Below are positions 1-10,823 of a stretch of 64,000 nucleotides of DNA, in pieces (position 1 is the first letter of the stretch; every line of letters starts with the position of its first letter). The stretch covers positions 62,001 to 126,000 of IMG/VR virus record IMGVR_UViG_3300021335_000006. The stretch is one strand, 5' to 3'. The position numbers and the translations under genes are program-made. The notes below the pieces were generated by a model that saw only the letters and a program-made list of their open reading frames with translations, ran no database searches and was not told the DNA's origin. This stretch comes from an uncultured virus (IMG/VR IMGVR_UViG_3300021335_000006). Its lineage: Duplodnaviria; Heunggongvirae; Uroviricota; Caudoviricetes.

Positions 1-2206
1 TAAAATCATCGTAGAAGGCGTAACTTCTAATTACGCAATTGCTCAAGATCTCGCAGACGCAGGTACATTTGCTGAAGGTCCTGTAGTTGACAGTGCCGCT
101 CGTGCCGCATTTTCAACTAATTTCCAAGCAAAGTATCAAGGTCGTCTTGGTAATAGTCTTGCTGTTTCTTACTGCTCAACTCAAGCAAATGGCACAAGTG
201 CATTTGAAGCTGTTGATGCAGGCTACACAATTGCTATCACTCCGTTTGATTCTGTAAATCCTTCAGTCGTTTCTGGTTTTACAACTGAGACGGAAGCCCA
301 AAACTTTGCTGATGTAGGCGATAATGTAATTCTGGAAGACGGAACAAATCTTAAGATCGAAAGTATTGCCGCTGTTCAAGTAGAAGATAACATTGGTGCT
401 ACTGCTCTGAACATCGTGAATAGCGATGCGAACGTGGTAGATTCTGTCACTGGCACTGGTTTTATTTTTACTACAGGTCCAGAAACAATTGCGTCTCCAA
501 CTCAAGACTTTACAGTTTTCCAGCCCGGCGAAACAATTGTTATTAGTGGTGCAACAGAAGCTGGTAACAACGGTACATTTACAGTCGTAAGTGCTGTAGA
601 TGATACTGGCGGATCAGGTAATTACATCTTGACTGTTTCTGGTGGAACGCTAACTGCTGATGCTGGTGACGCAAACGCAATCACAATTACTGGTGAGCCT
701 AACGGATCTGTATACACGGCTACTGATACTTTCTTCATCAAGAATCACGGTCTGACAACAGGTGATGCTGTTCAGTATAACGTAGGTGGCGGTAATAACG
801 ATGCTATCGACGGTCTTGAAGACGGAACTGTGTACTACGCAATTGTAGTTGATACAAATAACTTCAAGCTGGCTACAACATACGAAAATGCTGAAGCAGG
901 AACTGCAATCAATATCACTTCATTCGGTGGAGTCGATGGCGGCGTTACTCAAACGTTTGGTATCTCTGATAGCTGGTCAGCGAACGTCACGTTCGAAAAT
1001 GTGTATACTGGAGCAACTACTTACGATTCTGGATTCAGCGTACAGTGGGCGGACGCAGGTCTTTTCCTCACTAAGCCAACTGCAAGCCACGTACACGTTG
1101 TTGTAAGAGATCTTGACGGATCAATTACTGGTGTAGTTAATCAGATCTTGGAAGTTTACGAAGACGTAAGCACTGTTCCAGGCGCTACAAAGTCAGATGG
1201 TTCAGTTAACTATCTTGCTGACGTACTTACTGATAAGTCAAACTACATTGCTTGCTCTAGCCCTTCAGCGCTTGTTGCAACTGCTACTTCTGAGCAACAA
1301 TCACTAACTCTCGGTTACGACGGTGATGATGAAGCTAATATCAGCATCGGTAAAGTTGCTGAAGGTTATGATCTGTACAAAGATGCTTCTACAGTTGACA
1401 TTGCACTTGTTATGCAAGGTAAAGCAAGAGGTACAACTCTGGGTAATTACATCACAAACAATATTGCAGAGTCTAGAAAAGACTGTGTTGCGTTTGTATC
1501 ACCCGAAGAGTCTGACACAACAGTCAGTGCTGTAATTGACTTTGCAGGCACATTGACAGGAAGCACATACATGATCGTCGATACTGGATACAAGTATCAA
1601 TACGATAAGTTCAACGATGTATATCGTTGGGTGCCTCTCAACGGCGATATCGCTGGTCTTTGTGCGAGAACAGACGAAGTTCGTGATCCTTGGTTCTCTC
1701 CTGCTGGATTGAATAGAGGTGTTATCAAGAATGTTGTGAAGCTGAGAATCAATCCTACTAAAGCAGAAAGAGACTTATTGTACGTAAATAATGTCAACCC
1801 TGTTGTCTCAGAGCCTGGCGCTGGAACAATTCTGTTTGGTGACAAGACGTTCGCTACGACTGCAAGCGCATTCGATAGAATCAATGTCCGAAGATTGTTC
1901 ATTGTTCTTGAGAAGGCTATCTCGATTGCTTCTAAGTCATTGTTGTTCGAATTCAACGATGAGTTCACGAGAGCGCAGTTTAAGAATCTCGTGGAGCCCT
2001 TCTTACGTGAAGTACAGGGTCGTCGTGGAATTTACGACTTCAAGGTCGTGTGTGACGAAACTAACAATACCGCAGAAGTAATTGACGGTAATCAGTTTGT
2101 TGGAGACATCTTCATCAAGCCTGCTCGTGCGATCAATTTCATTCAGCTAAACTTCGTTGCTGTTAGAACTGGTGTAGAATTCGAAGAAATCGTTGGTTCA
2201 GTATAA
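1..2206 (+). CDS. gp18: Contractile tail sheath protein (5' partial)
   Basis: The frame is open from position 2 (AKYQGRLGNSLAVS), so the ORF-track start at 416 is internal. C-terminal sheath motifs: PWFSPAGLNRG, FDRINVRRLF, FIKPARAINFIQLNF. Confidence 0.97.
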   Translation, partial: KIIVEGVTSNYAIAQDLADAGTFAEGPVVDSAARAAFSTNFQAKYQGRLGNSLAVSYCSTQANGTSAFEAVDAGYTIAITPFDSVNPSVVSGFTTETEAQNFADVGDNVILEDGTNLKIESIAAVQVEDNIGATALNIVNSDANVVDSVTGTGFIFTTGPETIASPTQDFTVFQPGETIVISGATEAGNNGTFTVVSAVDDTGGSGNYILTVSGGTLTADAGDANAITITGEPNGSVYTATDTFFIKNHGLTTGDAVQYNVGGGNNDAIDGLEDGTVYYAIVVDTNNFKLATTYENAEAGTAINITSFGGVDGGVTQTFGISDSWSANVTFENVYTGATTYDSGFSVQWADAGLFLTKPTASHVHVVVRDLDGSITGVVNQILEVYEDVSTVPGATKSDGSVNYLADVLTDKSNYIACSSPSALVATATSEQQSLTLGYDGDDEANISIGKVAEGYDLYKDASTVDIALVMQGKARGTTLGNYITNNIAESRKDCVAFVSPEESDTTVSAVIDFAGTLTGSTYMIVDTGYKYQYDKFNDVYRWVPLNGDIAGLCARTDEVRDPWFSPAGLNRGVIKNVVKLRINPTKAERDLLYVNNVNPVVSEPGAGTILFGDKTFATTASAFDRINVRRLFIVLEKAISIASKSLLFEFNDEFTRAQFKNLVEPFLREVQGRRGIYDFKVVCDETNNTAEVIDGNQFVGDIFIKPARAINFIQLNFVAVRTGVEFEEIVGSV

Positions 2207-2225
2207 CAGATAAGGAGAAACGAAA

Positions 2226-2771
2226 ATGGCTTTTAATATCAATGAAATTAGACAACAGATGACATTCGGGGGTGCGAGAGCATCCCTGTTTGAAGTCCGA
2301 ATGGCTAACCCAATTAATACAACTGGGGACATTAAGCTGTCTTTCATGGCTAGAGCTACAACTCTCCCTGCATCGAATCTCGGAACTGTAATTGTTCCTT
2401 ATTTCGGTCGCCAGGTTAAGTTCGCAGGAAACAGAACTTTTGAGCAGTGGTCAGTAACAGTCATGAATGATGAAGACTTCCTCGTAAGAAATGCTATGGA
2501 AGATTGGATGTCTAGCATCAACTCTCACGTAGGTAACTTGAATCTAGAGGCACCTGGTGTTAACTATAAGTCTCAGGCACAAGTCCTTCAGTACTCTAAG
2601 AGCGGATCTTTAATTCGTGAGTACAACTTCAATGGTATGTTCCCCGTTGCGCTTAGTGCAATCAACAACGATTGGGAATCTGAAGAAATTCAAACGTTTG
2701 AAGTTACATTCGAGTACGATTGGTGGAACGTTTCTGGCGGTGTCACTGGAGACGCTGGCACAAACGCCTAA
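2226..2771 (+). CDS. gp19: Tail tube protein
   Basis: PYFGRQVKFAGNRTFEQWSVTVMNDEDF; directly follows the sheath gene; AAGGAG SD. Confidence 0.95.
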   Translation: MAFNINEIRQQMTFGGARASLFEVRMANPINTTGDIKLSFMARATTLPASNLGTVIVPYFGRQVKFAGNRTFEQWSVTVMNDEDFLVRNAMEDWMSSINSHVGNLNLEAPGVNYKSQAQVLQYSKSGSLIREYNFNGMFPVALSAINNDWESEEIQTFEVTFEYDWWNVSGGVTGDAGTNA

Positions 2772-2794
2772 TCTTTATAGCTTGATTCCTAAGC

Positions 2795-2820
2795 AAAGGG
2801 AGGTTTCGGCCTCCCTTTTT
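2795..2820 (+). terminator. Intrinsic terminator after tail tube gene
   Basis: GGGAGG-TTTCGG-CCTCCC hairpin followed by TTTTT. Confidence 0.85.
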
Positions 2821-2833
2821 GGTTTTTAGGTCT

Positions 2834-2841
2834 TATAAATA
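2834..2841 (+). promoter_or_regulatory. T4-type late promoter (gp55-dependent)
   Basis: Exact TATAAATA upstream of the portal gene. Confidence 0.85.
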
Positions 2842-2880
2842 GTATGAGACTTTTATACTTTTCACTTAAAGGAACTTGTA

Positions 2881-4558
2881 ATGGCAATTGAACTGTTTGG
2901 CTTTGAAATCAAAAGAAAGGAAGATGAAAACAAAAACATCACGTCTTTTGTTGAGCCTACCAATGATGACGGCGCTGTCAATATCGCCGTAACTGGATCA
3001 GTATCTAGCTCTTTCCTTGACTTGGACGGAGCCGCAAAGAGTGAAGCTGAACTTGTACAAAGATATCGCACTATGCTTCAGCAACCCGAAGTATCTCAAG
3101 CTGTAGATGATATTGTAAACGAAGCGATTTCAATCACTGATGACAAGAAAGTAGTTGATTGTATCACTGATGATGTGGACCTTCCCGATAATATTAAAAA
3201 GAAGATTCGAGAAGAATTTGACAATGTTATAAAACTGCTAGACTTTGGTAATACTGGATACGATACTTTTCAGAAGTGGTACGTCGATGGTAGAATCAAC
3301 TATCATGTAATGATCGACGAAAAATCACCCAGAAAAGGAATTCAAGAACTTCGCTATATTGATCCAAGAAAAATTCGTAAAGTTCGTGAGTATGATAAAG
3401 CGCCTGCTGGTAGTGATCAAAATAAGTTTATTGTTAAGAAAATCAAGAACGAGTATTTCATCTATAACGAGCGTGGATTCAATAATTTAAACACGTCTCA
3501 CGTTCAACAGTTTAGCGGCGGGGATATCAAGGGTCTAAAAATTGCAAAAGACTCTATCGTAAACGTCACGTCTGGCTTGCTAAACGAAAACGGAAATCTA
3601 GTACTATCTTATCTTCATAAAGCATACAAGCCTTTGAATCAGTTGAGAATGATGGAGGATGCTGTTGTTATCTATCGTATCTCACGAGCACCAGAGCGTC
3701 GAATCTTTTATATTGATGTGGGCAATCTCCCCAAATTGAAGGCTGAGCAACATCTACGTGATATGATGGTCAAGCATAAGAATCGTTTAGTCTACGATGC
3801 TGGAACTGGCGACATCAAAGATGATCGTAGACATATGGCCATGACAGATGATTTCTGGCTTCCAAGAAGAGAAGGTGGAAGGGGAACTGAAATCACAACA
3901 TTGCCCGGTGGTCAGAATTTGGGCGAAATCGAAGATATTCTGTATTTCCAAAAGAGACTACTTAAAGCATTGAATGTCCCCATCACTAGAATGGAGTCTG
4001 AGGCTGGATTCTCGCTTGGACGTGCATCAGAAATCTCTAGAGATGAGGTGAAATTTTCTAAGTTTATCGCACGACTACGTTCAAGATTTGCAATTCTTTT
4101 TGATAAATTACTTGAAAAGCAATTGATTTTGAAGGGAATTGTTTCTGTTGAAGATTGGCCAGCAATTCAAGCAGCCCTTCGATACGATTTTGTAACTGAT
4201 AATCATTTCTCAGAATTGAAACAGTCTGAAATTTTACAGAATCGCTTACAGCTTCTGAGAGACATCGATGAGTATCGTGGAACTTACTTCTCTAAAGATT
4301 GGGTACAGAAGCAAGTACTTTATATGTCTGAAGATGAAGTGGAAGAGATTAAGGATCAGATCGAACAAGAAAAGGCGGAAGAGCCTGAGGAAGAAGAAGA
4401 TCTGAACATGGATTACACGCCAGAAGCTCCTGTCATTCCTGATCATGGAACTTTGACGGTGGATATAGAAGAGGATAATGAACTGAAAGAAGAAGATAGA
4501 AAATTGATTGAAAATTTTTCATCAATGATCGATCAACTTATAACAGAAGAAAGTGATA

Positions 4559-4566
<8 letters not shown>
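2881..4566 (+). CDS. gp20: Portal vertex protein
   Basis: YRISRAPERRIFYIDVGNLPK and DFWLPRREGGRGTEITTLPGGQNLG motifs; long acidic C-terminal tail. Confidence 0.98.
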
Positions 4567-5785
<1,219 letters not shown>

Positions 5786-5788
5786 TTT

Positions 5789-5796
5789 TATAAATA
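5789..5796 (+). promoter_or_regulatory. T4-type late promoter
   Basis: TATAAATA upstream of the 5834 ORF. Confidence 0.85.
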
Positions 5797-5833
5797 GTAT
5801 AGAACAACAACCCGTTTATAATCGGAGGATTAA

Positions 5834-8323
5834 ATGGCTATCATTACTTCTGGTGGTGATCTATCAAGAACAGAATTACAGATAGATGCCGCAACAAGAG
5901 ACATTTCACTAGCACTAGCCGGAGGTCTTTCTCCAGACGGTGTTACTCTTCAGGCAATGTACTCATATCTCAAGAAGGTGTGGCGAGTACGAAACTTTAC
6001 AATTGGCGTAACTTCTGGAGCGTCCGGTCAAGCTGATCTTGTACTCGATCAAGCCGCTGGCCCTTCTTCGGAAGAAATTCTGCCAGGAATGACTGTCATA
6101 GTCGCTTCTGGTTCTGGTGTTCTTTTAGACGCCACTGAAGTTGCTAGTGTTAGCGGAACAACAGTAACACTAAACAAAAATATTGATACAACCTTTACTG
6201 GCACAGATACAGTAACGTTTATCAACCATCTGATCGAATATCCTTTCCCGCTCGTGGCAATTACTCCAGAGCAGTTTGAATTTTCGTTTGATTGGACTCC
6301 AAACTCAGATGCAACACGAAAGTTGATTCGTACTGCTGGATGGAGAGAGATCACAACTACTGGTACTGTACTTGCTGAGTATGTGGGAGTTATCTCACTG
6401 GGTACTGTTGATGGTAAAGCGATCACAAATATCACTGCGACTGACATTTCCTTCTCCGGTGCCACTATCACGTCAACAGGAGAAAACTTTGGTATTTTTG
6501 TAACTGGGGATACTATTACCGTAAGCGGTAGCGCAAACGGAAATGATGGCACATATGTTGTAACTAACGTCACTTCAGACGGTGCTGGCGGTACTGCTGA
6601 CGTACTTACAGTTAAAGATTACATTTCAGACACAGCAACAGCATTCACCGCAGAAACTGTTGGTGCTTCCGTTACAATTGGCGGCGGTGACACTGTTTAC
6701 TACGCATTCCGTCCCGCTCTCAGAAAAGCTGGACTTGTTATCACGGCTACTAATACAATTACAGGTGCGGCTGGAGATTTTGATTCGTTCTCTAATGGAG
6801 ATATCATCGTCATTTCTGGAACATCGGGTGGAACGAATGACGGCCAATTTACAATTGCTACAGCCGCTAGTAACAACATTGTATTGACGGGAACACCGTT
6901 GACTAACACAACTGAAGCTGATGTTGTTAATATTCGAAATATTAATTACGGAACGACTGCTGACTTTACATATGCTGGTGCCGTAAACGAAGCAATTCAA
7001 ACGTTTGATGGAACTACGGATAACAGAACTAACGAACTTTCTCTCTTCGTTCGTGAAGAAGGTAAGACGTTTGGTAAGTCAGACTCAGTGTCGATTGGTA
7101 TCGCATCTGGTGCGGCTGTAAACTATCAGGTATTCCGATTCCCACTTGCGGAGTTGAGAGATCTTGATTATACAATTTCTGACAAGGTTATCGAAGCCGC
7201 TGATGGTGCTAACGAAAAGTATGATGTTGCGGCTGGTAATGGTCCAGAGATCAACTATCTCGCCGCTGACGTTTCTTCCGCTACACTCTACTCTGGTGGA
7301 GTTGATCTTAACACATCCAGAAACTTTGGTGTAACGATCAGTGCGGAGAATGGCACTGGAACTGGCAATCTTACACTTCAAGAGCTATATTCTTGGGTTA
7401 AGTATCGTCTACGTAGAACAACTAACGTCGATGACGAAGGTGCGGATTCAATCGTTCAGGTTGGTAAGACTTCTGACGAATTGTTGACATTCGTTGGACC
7501 AACTCTACAGACATTGCTTGTAGAACACGCTGACGGCGCTACAAACGATGCTGGTGTTGCTATCATTAACTTCTCTAGTGGAGATATTGGTAACTTAGCA
7601 TTCCGATACACTGGTGGTGGTGGATCGCTAGAACTCTTCCCGAAGATTGCTTCTGGTACGATCTCATTCAACGACAACTTAATTAACGATAGCGAACCTT
7701 CGTTTACAGTCTACTATGAGTATACTCGTGAGTTTGATGTTACGGCACTTTCCGTTACATCTGCTTCAGGTCAAACTGCTACAATTACAGACGGTGGTAC
7801 TAATAATATGCCAGAAGTGACAGTCGGAGACTATCTTGACTTCTCTGGATTCACTAATGCTGGAAACAATGGAGTTTGGGAAGTTACTGGAAGCATCGTA
7901 GCTGGTAGTGCGGCTGATACAACTGCATCCTTTGCGGCAACTAAGTTAGATGACGATAATCCAAATGGAGCGGTCACTAACGAAGCTCAAACTACTGGAA
8001 CTGAAAACTTCCGTTTTAATCCTGTTAACTCGCCTGATGCGATTATTGTACTTCAAGCAAATGGTACAAGTGAAATATCAGGCTCTGGTTCTGGAAGCAT
8101 CAATGCTAATGGATTCGCATTCGACTACGCTTTCACTGGTGACACGACTCCCAACTCTGCAAACGGAGAAGAAAATCGACTTTCTGATACTGCGGTAAAT
8201 ACAGTAATTAGAGCAGTTGGTACTGATACAGCACAGTGGGTATCAACGCCCTTCATAATTAACGAAGGTAACGCTAATAATATTACTGTGGTAGCGCCTC
8301 TCGAAAGAAACTATGCTCCATAA
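5834..8323 (+). CDS. Putative virion structural protein with repeated beta modules
   Basis: 829 aa, rich in G/T/S/A/D/N; three GDxIxxSG...N(D/N)Gx(F/Y/W)xV modules; late promoter; GGAGG SD. Confidence 0.75.
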   Translation: MAIITSGGDLSRTELQIDAATRDISLALAGGLSPDGVTLQAMYSYLKKVWRVRNFTIGVTSGASGQADLVLDQAAGPSSEEILPGMTVIVASGSGVLLDATEVASVSGTTVTLNKNIDTTFTGTDTVTFINHLIEYPFPLVAITPEQFEFSFDWTPNSDATRKLIRTAGWREITTTGTVLAEYVGVISLGTVDGKAITNITATDISFSGATITSTGENFGIFVTGDTITVSGSANGNDGTYVVTNVTSDGAGGTADVLTVKDYISDTATAFTAETVGASVTIGGGDTVYYAFRPALRKAGLVITATNTITGAAGDFDSFSNGDIIVISGTSGGTNDGQFTIATAASNNIVLTGTPLTNTTEADVVNIRNINYGTTADFTYAGAVNEAIQTFDGTTDNRTNELSLFVREEGKTFGKSDSVSIGIASGAAVNYQVFRFPLAELRDLDYTISDKVIEAADGANEKYDVAAGNGPEINYLAADVSSATLYSGGVDLNTSRNFGVTISAENGTGTGNLTLQELYSWVKYRLRRTTNVDDEGADSIVQVGKTSDELLTFVGPTLQTLLVEHADGATNDAGVAIINFSSGDIGNLAFRYTGGGGSLELFPKIASGTISFNDNLINDSEPSFTVYYEYTREFDVTALSVTSASGQTATITDGGTNNMPEVTVGDYLDFSGFTNAGNNGVWEVTGSIVAGSAADTTASFAATKLDDDNPNGAVTNEAQTTGTENFRFNPVNSPDAIIVLQANGTSEISGSGSGSINANGFAFDYAFTGDTTPNSANGEENRLSDTAVNTVIRAVGTDTAQWVSTPFIINEGNANNITVVAPLERNYAP

Positions 8324-8334
8324 ATAACTTTGAC

Positions 8335-8357
8335 GGGGGAGCTAGTCTCCCCCATTT
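8335..8357 (+). terminator. Hairpin, possible weak terminator
   Basis: GGGGGAG-CTAGT-CTCCCCC followed by ATTT. Confidence 0.55.
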
Positions 8358-8377
8358 AACCTTTACGAGGATTTATT

Positions 8378-8677
8378 ATGAGAATCAACATTCAAGTTGC
8401 CGCAGACATTCTTGCATTGACGGAAGATGAGCTACTTATGGAAGCTCAGCAGGTCGATGAACTCACTGCGCATTTCGTTCCCCCCACAGATATGATCTAT
8501 AACGATGACGGAACCGTTCGCTTTGTCGATGATGGGGATTCTGAGTCTACGTGGGAGTTTGAGATGGATGAAGTTCTTGCGCATAAAAAAGTGCTTGACG
8601 AAAAGAAAGAAACTGAGCGAGATGCTAAAATCCGTAAAGCTGTAAGAGAAGCAAACGAAGAAATGATCGAGGGCTAA
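8378..8677 (+). CDS. Hypothetical acidic protein
   Basis: 99-aa ORF with GAGG SD, abutting the next gene. Confidence 0.7.
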   Translation: MRINIQVAADILALTEDELLMEAQQVDELTAHFVPPTDMIYNDDGTVRFVDDGDSESTWEFEMDEVLAHKKVLDEKKETERDAKIRKAVREANEEMIEG

Positions 8678-10777
8678 ATGGCAGTTCCATCATACGGTAC
8701 AGACATTGTTACACTAGACGGCTCAGTCTATACTGCGACAGGTGGAACTTCTCTTGTTGTCAATGATTATGCCGCTGTTGGCGGAGGACAGGCTGGTCTT
8801 AACGAAGAAACAGATTACTATCTAATTGGAACAGAATGTATTTCTAAAAACGCATTTGGTAACGGTTCTCAAGAAAAGGGTATTGTTGACGATACAAATG
8901 CGGGTGGAAATATTGCGACAACACTCGCATCAGGTAATAATCCTGGCGGTAATCAGTACGTGTATATTTGGATGTTCTTTAATGCTCCTGCCTCGTTAGC
9001 TACAGCGGTATTGCCCCTCAACCAACGAGGTGGACTACACGCAATCATTGGGCCGAATACAAATAACTATAACGCATATTCCGTTTCCGGCTCAGATTTA
9101 CAGGACTATGGTGCTGACTGGGTTTGTGGATCTATTGACGTTAATGTTACTCCCGCAAATGGTCTTGCGCTAACCACCGTCGGAAATGGCGCAGGAGGAA
9201 ACTATAGTGTTTTCGGCGCAGGAGCAAGCATTCCCACACAAGGCCCGACGAAAGGTGCTCCTTTTGCGATTGAAGGTATTCGAAGAGGTGCATACATTGA
9301 TGCTGTAGAAGGCGAAACGGCCAACCCAGTTACTTTTGCGGGCTTAGAGGGATTTGACGGTGGTGACAACATCAATGGTCGCTTAGGTGTTTTTACTGAA
9401 CGAAGAGGCGTATACATTCTAAACACTGAAGTAAGACTAGGAAGTTCAACTCAGCTTTGTTTTATGCGTGATACATCTGGTGTTACTATTCGAAGACAAA
9501 ATGATGCTACACCTTGGTATTCAAATACTGAAACCGACGGCGGAAAACATAGAATACAAATACTCAATTCTTCTTCTGAGATTGAATGGGAAAATGTAAC
9601 TATTCTTGAAGATGCGATTGATATTCTTATTAATTCGACTGACAATCCTATCGTTAAGTTTACAGCTTGTTCTTTTTTTGGTGTTAGATTACTTCAGTGC
9701 GGTGGTGCGAACACAGAACTGACTCGTTGCACATTTGGAACAACTTCAGCGACGATTACATCTAATACAATGGCTGGAACAAACACTGAAGCAAGAGTTA
9801 TCCAAAATGGTGCTACTATTACTTCTTGTACAGTTAATGGGACAAGCAACACGGCGGAAACATCCGGAATTGAAGTTAGTGGGACTAATGCTACAGATCT
9901 TTCTAAGATCACTAACTGTAACTTTACAGGAAATGGTAGAGCGCTATTACTTGGTCAAATTGCTGGTGGACAAGGAGATGTAACAGTCATATATGATGGG
10001 CATTCATTTACTCCAAACGCACAACTTGGATATAATGATGGAGCAGTTCAATCAGCAACTACAGGCCCGCAAGGAAATTCCGGTGCTGTTATTGAAGTTG
10101 AAGTTTTATCGGGAACAAATTTAATAATTTCTGTATCTAATACAAGTCAGATACCTTCAGTGTATAATACTGGAAGCGGTCAAGTCACTATTCAGGCAGA
10201 TGTTTCGGTGTCAATATCAGGTGTATTAGGAAACTCCGAAGTATCGATAATGCAAAGCCCTTCTCCTTACAGTCAAAACGGAGCAACACGAACTACTTTG
10301 TTCAATGAAGACACTGTGGCTGCTGTAACAGGAACTGATATTGAATTCGTTACTGTACCTCAGGGTGCCGGTCCGGTATTGTTCATAGATAGTACGACAA
10401 CAGATTTTACAAACATTACTGGATTAGCTGTTACAACGCCACCCCAAGTGATTCGTGTAACTCATAGAGATAATCTTGCTTTATTTGATGAGTTCGAGGT
10501 AGTTTCAATATCTGCAAATACTATCGGTGTGACTGCCGTTGGACAAAGCTCTATTAAGCAACAAGATCTGGTAGATTCGCCTGGTGAAACTGTTACTGTA
10601 GAAAAAGTAGATGCGACTTACACATTTAATGTGCCGTCAGGAACTGACATTGATGTGCTTATTTATAGAGTGGGTAGCTTACCTGTTTACTTATTAGAAC
10701 AAACAATTACAACAGAAAATGCGTCTTTTCCTATTTCTCAGTCACTAGATAGAAATTACGATTCGTTTGAAGTGTAG
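8678..10777 (+). CDS. Putative virion structural protein, possible beta-helix region
   Basis: 699 aa G/T/N/S-rich; periodic FTACSF, LTRCTF, ITSCTV and ITNCNF strands; C-terminal LDRNY. Confidence 0.7.
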   Translation: MAVPSYGTDIVTLDGSVYTATGGTSLVVNDYAAVGGGQAGLNEETDYYLIGTECISKNAFGNGSQEKGIVDDTNAGGNIATTLASGNNPGGNQYVYIWMFFNAPASLATAVLPLNQRGGLHAIIGPNTNNYNAYSVSGSDLQDYGADWVCGSIDVNVTPANGLALTTVGNGAGGNYSVFGAGASIPTQGPTKGAPFAIEGIRRGAYIDAVEGETANPVTFAGLEGFDGGDNINGRLGVFTERRGVYILNTEVRLGSSTQLCFMRDTSGVTIRRQNDATPWYSNTETDGGKHRIQILNSSSEIEWENVTILEDAIDILINSTDNPIVKFTACSFFGVRLLQCGGANTELTRCTFGTTSATITSNTMAGTNTEARVIQNGATITSCTVNGTSNTAETSGIEVSGTNATDLSKITNCNFTGNGRALLLGQIAGGQGDVTVIYDGHSFTPNAQLGYNDGAVQSATTGPQGNSGAVIEVEVLSGTNLIISVSNTSQIPSVYNTGSGQVTIQADVSVSISGVLGNSEVSIMQSPSPYSQNGATRTTLFNEDTVAAVTGTDIEFVTVPQGAGPVLFIDSTTTDFTNITGLAVTTPPQVIRVTHRDNLALFDEFEVVSISANTIGVTAVGQSSIKQQDLVDSPGETVTVEKVDATYTFNVPSGTDIDVLIYRVGSLPVYLLEQTITTENASFPISQSLDRNYDSFEV

Positions 10778-10781
10778 TCGA

Positions 10782-10789
10782 TATAAATA
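10782..10789 (+). promoter_or_regulatory. T4-type late promoter
   Basis: Exact TATAAATA. Confidence 0.85.
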
Positions 10790-10823
10790 ATTAAAATTAG
10801 AACAATTTTAGCGGGATAATTAA

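Noticed and set aside
416..418. ORF-track start of the tail sheath
   Set aside because: The frame is open to the window edge with gp18 motifs upstream, so the true start lies outside the window.
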